This document shows, piece after piece, positions 17,568 to 26,364 of a DNA stretch of 43,106 nt; the stretch's first letter is position 1, and every line of letters starts with the position of its first letter. Source of the DNA: Chitinophagaceae bacterium (GTDB taxonomy: Bacteria; Bacteroidota; Bacteroidia; Chitinophagales; Chitinophagaceae); the NCBI GenBank assembly GCA_044867875.1, contig JBIOVR010000373.1:1-43106 (forward strand). Reading direction: 5' to 3'. Under the pieces are notes generated by a model, which was not told where the DNA came from, searched no databases, and saw only the letters and a program-made list of their open reading frames with translations. The position numbers and the translations under genes were made by a program.

Positions 17568-17575
17568 TACATTTG
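17568..17575 (+). promoter_or_regulatory. Candidate Bacteroidota -7 promoter box (TACATTTG) for kynA
   Basis: Exact TAnnTTTG match ending 13 nt before the kynA ATG. This implies a very short leader. Confidence 0.4.
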
Positions 17576-17588
17576 CACAAACTTCTTT

Positions 17589-18602
17589 ATGGCCGACATG
17601 CACTATCACGATTACCTGCAGCTTGATAGAATACTTAATTCTCAATTCCCGGAAAGTGATAAACAAAATTTATCTGCCCATGATGAAATGCTTTTCATCA
17701 TCATTCATCAAACCTATGAGCTTTGGTTCAAGCAGCTTCATCATGAAGTGGATGCTGTGGCCACGATCATGAATAAACCAGCATTGAATGATAATTCACC
17801 CGAACTGCAAACTGTTGTTCATCGCCTTAATCGTTGCGTTACTATTTTAAGAGTGCTTGTTCACCAGATCGATATTATGGAGACAATGACACCAATGGAT
17901 TTTCTTGATTTCCGTGATATGCTTCGACCAGCATCGGGTTTTCAAAGCTGGCAATTCAAACAACTTGAAGCAAAACTGGGTTTGAAGTTTGACAACAGGC
18001 ACGGCAAAGAATACTATACAGCCCAATTAAAAAAAGAACATGTTGATGTTATTAAAAGCGCAGAAGGCAGTAAGTCATTACTGGAACTTATTAATAGTTG
18101 GCTTGAAAGAATGCCATTGGCGCCAGCTTTATCTGATGATCCAAATTCATTCTGGCAGATATATCGCAAAAGTTACCAGGGAAGTCTTGCAGATGCTGAG
18201 AAAGGAAACTTATCTGCACTTGATGAAGTTTTCTTTAGTAACATTCAATCTTCTACTTTAAACGTTCAACTTTCTCCTTCTGCATCACGAGCCGCCTTAT
18301 TCATTATGCTTTACCGTGGGTATCCATTATTGCAGCAACCCTTTCAATTATTAAATTGTTTACTAGAAATAGATGAACAATTAAGTTCATGGCGTTATCG
18401 CCACATGAATATGGTGCATCGGATGATCGGTACAAGAATTGGAACTGGCGGAAGTTCAGGTAAAGATTATTTAAAAGCCGCAGCTGATAAACATTATATC
18501 TTCAGAGAAATTGCGCAGCTGAATAGCTTTCTTATCGAGCGAAGAAGACTGCCAACGCTATCCAATGAAATGGAAATGCGATTGGGATTTGCTCATCAAT
18601 GA
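17589..18602 (+). CDS. kynA: Tryptophan 2,3-dioxygenase
   Basis: Sequence reads HDYLQLDRILNSQ...AHDEMLFIIIHQTYELWFKQ, then PASGFQSWQFKQLE, WRYRHMNMVHRMIG and GTGGSSGKDYL. These align with the conserved bacterial TDO core. Confidence 0.9.
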   Translation: MADMHYHDYLQLDRILNSQFPESDKQNLSAHDEMLFIIIHQTYELWFKQLHHEVDAVATIMNKPALNDNSPELQTVVHRLNRCVTILRVLVHQIDIMETMTPMDFLDFRDMLRPASGFQSWQFKQLEAKLGLKFDNRHGKEYYTAQLKKEHVDVIKSAEGSKSLLELINSWLERMPLAPALSDDPNSFWQIYRKSYQGSLADAEKGNLSALDEVFFSNIQSSTLNVQLSPSASRAALFIMLYRGYPLLQQPFQLLNCLLEIDEQLSSWRYRHMNMVHRMIGTRIGTGGSSGKDYLKAAADKHYIFREIAQLNSFLIERRRLPTLSNEMEMRLGFAHQ

Positions 18603-18606
18603 ATTC

Positions 18607-19494
18607 TCAAAAAAACCTTGCTGCTCCTTCGATCTTCCTGTAAGATTTTTTGAAGAAGGTATCTATTTTAGAGTTAAATTCAGTTGAATAAACGATCGGT
18701 GTGCTGTGCCCTGAGTTTGGCAATATCCATAGGTAAGCATTTGGAATATTTTTATAGATCTCCATTGTGTGTTCCGCTTTGATCACATCATGATCTCCAC
18801 CCATCACTAATGTAGGACAACTTATTTTCTGAAGATCGCTTATCGGGATATGCGGATTTTCAACTAAGAGCTTTAATAATTTATAGCCGCCTTTTTCCAC
18901 TTCATTTTTATCTGGCTTCGCTTTTAGCCCGGTATACATCGGTGTCACCATATCCCAAACTTCTTGTGGCACTGCTGTTGTATCAGGACGAAGATTTGCT
19001 CCTGTTATTGCCAGTTTTTTTACTTTTTCAGGATGACGAATGGCCATCAATAATCCATCAATGCCACCATCACTCCAACCAACTACATATGCGGAATCAA
19101 TTTTCATTGCATCAAGTAAAGCCGCATAATCATCTGCCATCATTTCATAGCTGAGAGAATCCGTTGGATCAGCTGATTTTCCCTGTGCACGGCTATCCGC
19201 TATGATCACTTTATAGTTCTTTGCGAAATAAGGGATCTGTTTTGTAAAATTATTTATTGAACCTCCATTGCCATGAATAAATAATAATGGTTTTCCTTGT
19301 CCATACACTTCAACATACATTTTAAATCCACGGATGTCATAATATTTTCCAACAGCTTTGTTTTTGCCATAAATGTTTTTGGGATCATTCATCATCTTTT
19401 CGAAGTCGGCCTGGATTTTTGCAAACTCATCTTGCGAAAAAGATAGCAGTGTAATGGTATTAAATACAATAAATAGGAGCAGTAGTTTTTTCAT
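18607..19494 (-). CDS. Secreted alpha/beta hydrolase
   Basis: Signal peptide MKKLLLLFIVFNTITLLSFSQ. Also LLFIHGNGG, the nucleophile elbow VVGWSDGG, and GGDHD...SGHS. I place the start at Met 19494 rather than the track's 19518. Confidence 0.85.
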   Translation of the reverse strand: MKKLLLLFIVFNTITLLSFSQDEFAKIQADFEKMMNDPKNIYGKNKAVGKYYDIRGFKMYVEVYGQGKPLLFIHGNGGSINNFTKQIPYFAKNYKVIIADSRAQGKSADPTDSLSYEMMADDYAALLDAMKIDSAYVVGWSDGGIDGLLMAIRHPEKVKKLAITGANLRPDTTAVPQEVWDMVTPMYTGLKAKPDKNEVEKGGYKLLKLLVENPHIPISDLQKISCPTLVMGGDHDVIKAEHTMEIYKNIPNAYLWILPNSGHSTPIVYSTEFNSKIDTFFKKSYRKIEGAARFF

Positions 19495-19521
19495 GATGGT
19501 TATTTTAAAGACAGACAAGTT

Positions 19522-19558
19522 AAAAAAAAGAATGAGGTATTAAGAAAATACCTCATTC
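19522..19558 (-). terminator. Rho-independent terminator downstream of the small OMP gene
   Basis: Perfect 11-bp stem gaatgaggtat (19530-19540) / atacctcattc (19548-19558). The A8 run at 19522-19529 gives a U8 tract on the minus strand. Confidence 0.8.
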
Positions 19559-19591
19559 ACAATTAACCTTATAGCTAAAAACTATAGAGCC

Positions 19592-20071
19592 TTAAAAAGT
19601 GTAACGAATTCCGATCCCACCATAGTGGTCAAAACCTACATAGTCTCCAAACTCAAATGATGGCTGCCAATCGATAGAAACATTGATAGGTGCACCTTTA
19701 AATTTATAATCAAGACCTAACACACCGTCAATACCAAAAAAAGTGCCATCAATATGGTTATTATGATGATCATAATAATCATAAAACCCAACATGGGCAC
19801 CGGGACCGATATACCATTTCAAGCCTTGAGCATCTGCAAAATTTCCATGGATTTCATACAAACCGGTAAGGCGGAAACCGTGATTCCAGAAATAGCCAAT
19901 GAATTCGCCAGCATTGTTTCCCTGAAAAAAATGTTTGAAGGAGATACCTGCACCATCCCAGAATTTTACTCCAAGTGCTGACCGGTAAGAAGAACTGTGA
20001 GTGCTTTTGCTTTGCGCATTCGATAAGAAAAATAAACAAAGGGTTACAGATAATAAAAATACCTTCCTCAT
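19592..20071 (-). CDS. Small outer-membrane beta-barrel protein
   Basis: 160 aa when started at Met 20071 (MRKVFLLSVTLCLFFLSNAQS signal peptide). It has alternating aromatic/Gly-rich strands and a C-terminal GIGIRYTF. The track's longer 231-aa form overlaps the MFS gene and is rejected. Confidence 0.6.
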   Translation of the reverse strand: MRKVFLLSVTLCLFFLSNAQSKSTHSSSYRSALGVKFWDGAGISFKHFFQGNNAGEFIGYFWNHGFRLTGLYEIHGNFADAQGLKWYIGPGAHVGFYDYYDHHNNHIDGTFFGIDGVLGLDYKFKGAPINVSIDWQPSFEFGDYVGFDHYGGIGIRYTF

Positions 20072-20142
20072 AAAAAATTGGTTTTTAATTACTGTTTCAA
20101 CCCCATTTTCGTGCCAGAATAGAGATAAATGATAATGAGAAA

Positions 20143-21306
20143 TCAATTCTTCCTGAAACTCAATCGGAAATAAATTATTACAGAAAACGCAATAAAAGCA
20201 GTGGCGCCAAATGTAAATGAAGGACCGAATTGTGACCAGATAAACCCGGCAATAATACTCGCAAGTAAACTGCAAATGCTCTGGCAAGATGTATAAAACC
20301 CCACCGCTGTTGCAGTATTTGTATCATGCGCAATATTCGTGATCCAGGCTTTTACAATGCCTTCTGTTGCTGCGGCATAAATACCATAAATAAAAAATAA
20401 AATAAAGATCACTACCACTGATGGATGAAAAGCAAAGCCTCCATATACTATTGCAAACATTATTAACCCGATGATAAAAATATTTTTGATCCCAAATTTA
20501 TCAGCCAGTTTTCCCAAGGGAAATGAGGCAGATGCGTAAATTAAATTATAAAAAATATAAGCTGCAATTGTTGTTGTGTCACTTCCGGTAACTTCTTTTG
20601 TGATCAATAATAAAAACACATCTGAACTATTGAACAATGCAAACAATAATAATCCGACTACAAGTTTTTTGTATTCTACTGACGCAACCTTCCAATATTT
20701 AAGAAATGAAAAAAAATTTCCTTTTTGTAAAGTTGAAACAGGTTCTTTTTTTTCTTTAATTAAAAAGATCAGCAATACCGCAACAATACCAGGAATGAAT
20801 GCAAAGTAAAAAAGCGAGGAATAGTTTTTTGGAAAGAAATAAAGAAACACTAATGCAATGATCGGCCCAATCGCTGCGCCAACCGTATCCATCGCTCTGT
20901 GGAAACCAAATACGCTGGCTTTAGTTTCTTTAGTTGCTTGTTGAGAAAGTAATGCATCTCTTGCAGCAGTTCTTAATCCTTTTCCAAAGCGATCAAGGGT
21001 TCTTGCAAAGAAGATCCACAAAGGATAGACAAGCATTGCCATTATGGGTTTGCTGATCGCACTAAAAAGATATCCTGCTTTTATAAATGGTATTCGAACT
21101 CCTTTTTCATCACTTAGTTTTCCAAAATACCCTTTGCTGATACCGGAAGTAAATTCTGCGACTCCTTCTAATATGCCAATGAGTAAAACAGAAAACCCAA
21201 TTTCTTTTAAATAAACAGGAACGACCGGGTAGATCATTTCACTTGCTATGTCTGCAAACAAACTAACAACCGAAAGAATGATAACTGTGCGGTTGATGAA
21301 ACGCAT
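20143..21306 (-). CDS. MFS transporter
   Basis: 387 aa with about 12 hydrophobic helices. An MFS loop-like motif is FGKLSDEKGVRIP, followed by DRFGKGLRTAARDAL. Confidence 0.85.
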   Translation of the reverse strand: MRFINRTVIILSVVSLFADIASEMIYPVVPVYLKEIGFSVLLIGILEGVAEFTSGISKGYFGKLSDEKGVRIPFIKAGYLFSAISKPIMAMLVYPLWIFFARTLDRFGKGLRTAARDALLSQQATKETKASVFGFHRAMDTVGAAIGPIIALVFLYFFPKNYSSLFYFAFIPGIVAVLLIFLIKEKKEPVSTLQKGNFFSFLKYWKVASVEYKKLVVGLLLFALFNSSDVFLLLITKEVTGSDTTTIAAYIFYNLIYASASFPLGKLADKFGIKNIFIIGLIMFAIVYGGFAFHPSVVVIFILFFIYGIYAAATEGIVKAWITNIAHDTNTATAVGFYTSCQSICSLLASIIAGFIWSQFGPSFTFGATAFIAFSVIIYFRLSFRKN

Positions 21307-21435
21307 GAATTGAAGTTAATCAATTTGATTTCACACAACCATGAATGAGAAATTAGGAAGATTCTCTTTTCGGAATTCATAACAAATAGCTGGTATCTTC
21401 GTTCTATAATTGCCGAGTAGACTTGCAGGAAGTAA

Positions 21436-21467
21436 AAGAGTGCGACGCAACGATGTTTAATAGAATT
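21436..21467. repeat. Inverted partial copy of the intergenic repeat family
   Basis: The reverse complement of 21436-21450 is ttgcgtcgcactctt, identical to 4690-4704 and 17425-17439. The reverse complement of 21459-21467 is aattctatt. Confidence 0.75.
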
Positions 21468-21614
21468 CCTGCAGCCGACCCCATGAAGAAATTCTTTTAA
21501 CAGCAAATTGCAAAATGTCCTATCCTCTAAAAAAATATTGGCTGTCAAGGCTTTTCGCTTTGCTAATTCAAACAATTCACCCAACTTTGCACACATTAAA
21601 TCCAATCCTCATAA

Positions 21615-22640
21615 ATGGGACTCTTTAACTGGTTTACACAAGAAATTGCCATCGACCTGGGTACAGCCAATACCCTCATCATACATAACGACGAAGTTGT
21701 AGTAAATGAACCTTCGATCATTGCCCTAAACCGCAACAATCCCAAGGAAGTGCTTGCTGTGGGTAAAAGAGCTTTGATGATGCACGAGAAAACACATGAA
21801 AGCATCCGCACAGTTCGTCCGCTGAAAGATGGTGTGATAGCCGACTTCAACGCAGCAGAGCTGATGATCCGTGAGCTGATCAAATTGGTTTATACAAAAA
21901 AACCAATGTTTCCCCCAAGTTGGCGAATGATGATATGCATTCCCTCTTCAATTACAGAAGTTGAAAAAAGAGCTGTTCGCGACAGTGCTGAACAAGCTGG
22001 CGCAAAAGAAGTTTATCTTATTCATGAGCCTATGGCCGCTGCGCTTGGAATTGGCATTGACGTGGAAGAGCCAGTTGGTAATATGATCATTGATATTGGT
22101 GGTGGTACAACGGGTATCACTGTTATCGCACTTGCGGGTATCGTTTGCGACCAGAGCATTCGGATCGCCGGTGATGAATTTACTGCTGATATTATGGAAG
22201 CTTTGCGCCGCTATCACAGCTTATTGATCGGTGAAAGAACCGCCGAGCAGATCAAGATACAAGTTGGCGCAGCAATGAAAGACCTTGAAACCCCTCCTGA
22301 CGATATTCCTGTAAATGGTCGTGACCTTGTAACAGGTATTCCAAAACAGATCATGGTTAGTTTCCAGGAAATAGCTGAAGCTTTAGATAAAAGCATTTTC
22401 AAAATTGAAGAAGCAATTTTAAAGGCTTTGGAACAAACACCTCCCGAACTGGCTGCCGATATCTACCGCCGGGGACTTTACCTGACAGGTGGTGGAGCTT
22501 TGTTAAGAGGATTAGATAAAAGATTAAGCCAAAAAATCAAATTACCCGTGCATATTGCCGATGATCCACTGAAAAGTGTGGTGCGTGGCACAGGCATTGC
22601 ATTAAAGCACTACGATAGGTATCCGTTTGTTATGAGATAA
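21615..22640 (+). CDS. mreB: Rod shape-determining protein MreB
   Basis: Actin-fold phosphate motifs IAIDLGTANT and MIIDIGGGTTGITV, plus LTGGGALLRGLDKRL. The protein is 341 aa. Confidence 0.97.
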   Translation: MGLFNWFTQEIAIDLGTANTLIIHNDEVVVNEPSIIALNRNNPKEVLAVGKRALMMHEKTHESIRTVRPLKDGVIADFNAAELMIRELIKLVYTKKPMFPPSWRMMICIPSSITEVEKRAVRDSAEQAGAKEVYLIHEPMAAALGIGIDVEEPVGNMIIDIGGGTTGITVIALAGIVCDQSIRIAGDEFTADIMEALRRYHSLLIGERTAEQIKIQVGAAMKDLETPPDDIPVNGRDLVTGIPKQIMVSFQEIAEALDKSIFKIEEAILKALEQTPPELAADIYRRGLYLTGGGALLRGLDKRLSQKIKLPVHIADDPLKSVVRGTGIALKHYDRYPFVMR

Positions 22641-22755
22641 ATGCGACCCTTCTAAACCTTCCTTAAGGCAAGGCTTAACATCATTTTAAATATGAATCTT
22701 CAATTTATAAACGACCTTCAAAGTCCTTTTCTTTTGAAAGGATTTAGGATAGGCT

Positions 22756-23634
22756 ATGCGTAACGTATTTCTCTTCATCCGCCGGTATTTCACTTTTATC
22801 AGCTTTGTGCTGTTGCAGGTGCTTGCACTTTCCATGTTGTTTCGTTATAATAAATATCACCGGGCTGTTTTTTTCGGAAAGGCAAATGAAATTACCGGAT
22901 ACGTCAATTCAAAATATGACAACGTTGATGATTACTTTCATTTGAAAGAAGAGAATCTGCGAATCCATAAAATGAATGACTCTCTATTGAATCTCTTACC
23001 CGGTAATTTTGTAAAAGTGGATACCGCCTCTCATGTCATAACAGATACTGTTCGTTATGATACGGTTCAATTGCTAAGAAAATATTTGGCTAAAGAAGCT
23101 AAGGTGATAAGCAACTCTATCAACAGCCAGAAGAATTATTTCCAGATCAATCGCGGTTCAAATCAAGGTATTAAAGATAATATTGCGGTTATTAATTCGG
23201 ATGGAAGTGTAGTGGGACAAATTGTTGGTGTGAGTGAGAATTTTAGCCAGGCCATGAGTTTGCTCCATGTACAAAGTACAGTAAGTGCCATGATGAAAAA
23301 AAGCCGGAATAATGGGAGAGTAGAATGGGATGGTCAAAGTCCACTTTACTTAACATTAAGAAATATTCCTAAGAGTGATTCTGTACTAAGAGGAGATACG
23401 GTGCTTACTGGTATCAACTCTTATAATTATCCTCCAGGTTGGATGATCGGTACAGTGGCTGATATAGTGGAAGATAAGAGTACCAATTTTTATGTGCTTC
23501 GGATAAAACCTTCTGCTAATTTTCAAAATCTGCAACAGGTTTTTGTTGTAGAAAACTTGCAAAGGGAAGAACAAGTGACGCTGGATAAAGTAACACAAAA
23601 AAAAGTAGATGAGTTAAATAAAAGGAAGCAATGA
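22756..23634 (+). CDS. mreC: Rod shape-determining protein MreC
   Basis: It lies between mreB and mreD and has an N-terminal TM (FTFISFVLLQVLALSMLF). A coiled segment (LKEENLRIHKMNDSL) is followed by a beta domain (VINSDGSVVGQIVGVSENFSQAMSL, GDTVLTG). Confidence 0.9.
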   Translation: MRNVFLFIRRYFTFISFVLLQVLALSMLFRYNKYHRAVFFGKANEITGYVNSKYDNVDDYFHLKEENLRIHKMNDSLLNLLPGNFVKVDTASHVITDTVRYDTVQLLRKYLAKEAKVISNSINSQKNYFQINRGSNQGIKDNIAVINSDGSVVGQIVGVSENFSQAMSLLHVQSTVSAMMKKSRNNGRVEWDGQSPLYLTLRNIPKSDSVLRGDTVLTGINSYNYPPGWMIGTVADIVEDKSTNFYVLRIKPSANFQNLQQVFVVENLQREEQVTLDKVTQKKVDELNKRKQ

Positions 23635-24164
23635 ATGTTGTGCTGAGAAATATAATTCGATTCGTTTTCTTTATCTTATTGCAGGTATTTATACTCGATA
23701 ATGTGCCGGCATTACATAGATTTATTATTCCTGTAATTTATTTTCTTTTTATCCTTTGGCTTCCATTCTCCATTTCAAGATTCTGGTTATTGGTAGTAGG
23801 CTTTCTTACAGGGTTGTCGTACGATTATTTTACGGTCACTCCCGGGTTACATGCAGCCGCTTGTGTATTGATCGCTTATTTCCGTCCATTTATCGTGAAT
23901 ATCCTGATCCCCAAGGACAATTCTGAATTTAATTACAACGAGCCTTCTGCAAAAGCAATGGGTTGGGCACCTTATGCCGTGTATGTAGCTGCGCTTTCGT
24001 TGCTACATCATGGTTACCTGTTGTTGCTGGAATGGCTTGAAGTTGGCAATTTTCTCGATTTTCTGGTAAAAGTAGTTTCGACTACGGCTATCAGCATACT
24101 ACTGATCTTTACTGCGGAAATTCTGTTTCCAAGAAGGTTGAAGTACCGAACCAATACCGCATAA
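23631..24164 (+). CDS. mreD: Rod shape-determining protein MreD
   Basis: 177-aa polytopic membrane protein. Its start overlaps the mreC stop by 4 nt (ATGA), which is the canonical operon position. Confidence 0.8.
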   Translation: MNVVLRNIIRFVFFILLQVFILDNVPALHRFIIPVIYFLFILWLPFSISRFWLLVVGFLTGLSYDYFTVTPGLHAAACVLIAYFRPFIVNILIPKDNSEFNYNEPSAKAMGWAPYAVYVAALSLLHHGYLLLLEWLEVGNFLDFLVKVVSTTAISILLIFTAEILFPRRLKYRTNTA

Positions 24165-24276
24165 CTGCTTATCAATTTTATAATAGAAAATTAAATAATA
24201 GCAACTCCATTTTAAAAACAACTTCTTCGTTGTAATTTGCAACTGTACTGCGTACAATTTACCTCGTATATTTTTT

Positions 24277-26364
24277 ATGCCTGTGTTTAACCAATCAAGA
24301 AGCCGTATCGTCAGACTCATATTTTCTGTTGCATTTCTTTTGATACTTGCACAATTATTCAATCTCCAGGTTGTTTCGGATAAATACAGGAAACTGGCAA
24401 TGGATAATGCTGTTTATCCAAAGATCGTGTACCCGGAACGTGGGATCATTTTCGATCGTAAAGGAAAAGCTATATTGAACAATACCATTATGTATGATAT
24501 GATGGTAACTCCTGCGGAGATAAAAGGAATTGATACTACAGATTTTTGCAGAATGATGAATATTGATACTGCAGAGTTTAACCGAAGAATACTTGATGCT
24601 AAATTTAAGAACACTGCCGTTCGCCCTTCCATTTTTGAAGACCTGCTAACTCCCGAAATGCAAGTAAGGTTTGAAGAGAACAGTTGGAAATTTCCTGGAT
24701 TTGTTTTGGTACAAAGGCCCGTAAGAGTTTATCCTTTCAATGCAGCTGCGCATCTACTTGGGTATATCGCTGAAGTGACTCCAAAGCAAATAGAAGGTTC
24801 TGAGGCATTTTATAGAATGGGTGACTATGTGGGACAAACAGGATTAGAATCAGTATATGAAAGAGTACTAATGGGGCAGAGAGGCGTACAATATTTAATT
24901 AAGGATAATAAAAACAGGTTGGTTGGTTCCTATGAAAAAGGTGAATTAGATACAGCTGCAATTGCAGGTCGTGGCTTGAGAACTTATATCGATATAGAAT
25001 TGCAACAACTGGCGGAAAAATTAATGACTAATAAAGTTGGTTCCGTGGTTGCACTCGATCCAAAAACAGGTGGTATTCTCGCAATGACTTCTGGCCCAAA
25101 TTTTAATCCGAATGAACTAACAGGACCGGATAAAAGTAAAAACTATACAAAATTAGTGTTAGATGTCAGAGCTCCTTTACTAAATCGTGCTATCAAAGGA
25201 CAATATCCACCCGGCTCAACCTTTAAACCTATCGATGCATTGATCGCATTGGAAGAAGGTGTGATAACTCCCCGAAGTGGTATAGCCTGCAGTGGGGGGT
25301 ATTATGCATGTAGTAAAAGAGTAGGTTGTTTGGAAACCTGGGCCGGTCATGCCGCAAACTTGCGTCTCGCAATTGCTCATTCCTGCAACTCTTTTTTCTG
25401 TAATACTTATCGGCTAATTGTTGACAACAACAAGTATAAAAACGTAAAGGAGGGTTACCAAAAATGGCATGACTACATGAATGCTTTCGGTTTGGGAGTT
25501 AGACTCGGGCTGGATCTGCCTAGTGAAGACAAAGGGAATATTCCTGATACAGCAAGGTATAATCGTGAATATCGTGGACAATGGAACTCGTGTACTAACC
25601 TAACCCTTGGAATTGGACAGGATATGATGACTGCTACCCCGCTTCAATTGGCAAATGCGATGTGTATCATTGCTAACAGGGGTTATTATTATATACCACA
25701 TTTTGTTCAAAAGATAGATGATGAGACAGAAGAAGACGCTCCATTGATGAATAAATACAGGCAAAAACGCGAAGTATTAACTCATATTCCTGATGATGCT
25801 TATGATGCTGTACAAAACGGTATGCAGGATGTCGTAGAAGAAGGTACTGCCCGTATTGCAAAAATTCCCGGAATAAATATTTGCGCTAAAACGGGTACTG
25901 CTCAAAATTTTACAATTCTTGATGGAAAAAGACTTGAATTGCCTAACAACTCTATGTTTGTTTGTTTTGCACCAAAAGAAGATCCAAAAATTGCTATAGC
26001 GGTAACAGTAGAAAATGCAGGCTTTGGTTCTACCTGGGCCGGGCCTATTGCCAGGATATTAATGGAAAAATTTCTGAACGATACTTTACAAACAAAAAGC
26101 AAAGAAGATCTCGAAAGAATCTCAAATACCAACCTGATGCCCAAGTATTATATTCGAAAGCAAAAAGTAGACGATTCTATAAGAGCTTTTCAATGGTTCA
26201 AGATGACAAAGGACAGTTCTTATATAAAGAAGTATGTTTTTGAAAGTCTTTCATTACCTGGTTCTAAAAAAGATAAAAACAAAAGAGAACAAAATAGAAA
26301 AGATGAGATAGTTATTTGGAATAATGAAAGAACTTACCGTCAAAAACAGTTAGCCCAATCATGA
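24277..26364 (+). CDS. mrdA: Penicillin-binding protein 2 (elongasome transpeptidase)
   Basis: N-terminal TM, then catalytic motifs SxxK (GSTFKP), SxN (HSCNSFF) and KTG (AKTGTAQ). The protein is 695 aa with a Lys-rich C-terminal tail. Confidence 0.95.
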   Translation: MPVFNQSRSRIVRLIFSVAFLLILAQLFNLQVVSDKYRKLAMDNAVYPKIVYPERGIIFDRKGKAILNNTIMYDMMVTPAEIKGIDTTDFCRMMNIDTAEFNRRILDAKFKNTAVRPSIFEDLLTPEMQVRFEENSWKFPGFVLVQRPVRVYPFNAAAHLLGYIAEVTPKQIEGSEAFYRMGDYVGQTGLESVYERVLMGQRGVQYLIKDNKNRLVGSYEKGELDTAAIAGRGLRTYIDIELQQLAEKLMTNKVGSVVALDPKTGGILAMTSGPNFNPNELTGPDKSKNYTKLVLDVRAPLLNRAIKGQYPPGSTFKPIDALIALEEGVITPRSGIACSGGYYACSKRVGCLETWAGHAANLRLAIAHSCNSFFCNTYRLIVDNNKYKNVKEGYQKWHDYMNAFGLGVRLGLDLPSEDKGNIPDTARYNREYRGQWNSCTNLTLGIGQDMMTATPLQLANAMCIIANRGYYYIPHFVQKIDDETEEDAPLMNKYRQKREVLTHIPDDAYDAVQNGMQDVVEEGTARIAKIPGINICAKTGTAQNFTILDGKRLELPNNSMFVCFAPKEDPKIAIAVTVENAGFGSTWAGPIARILMEKFLNDTLQTKSKEDLERISNTNLMPKYYIRKQKVDDSIRAFQWFKMTKDSSYIKKYVFESLSLPGSKKDKNKREQNRKDEIVIWNNERTYRQKQLAQS

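Noticed and set aside
18607-19494. The alpha/beta hydrolase next to kynA as a kynurenine formamidase.
   Set aside because: It has a clear secretory signal peptide and is convergently transcribed. A periplasmic or secreted esterase is unlikely to process cytoplasmic N-formylkynurenine.
20072-20287. 72-codon upstream extension of the small OMP ORF, giving the 231-aa form.
   Set aside because: It overlaps the 3' end of the MFS transporter gene in another frame and is Cys/Phe/Tyr-rich nonsense. A textbook signal peptide starts at the internal Met (20071).
21246-21605. 119-aa minus-strand ORF filling the MFS / mreB spacer.
   Set aside because: It overlaps the MFS start and runs through the intergenic repeat copy. 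It has no recognisable features and would leave no room for the mreB promoter, so it is probably spurious.
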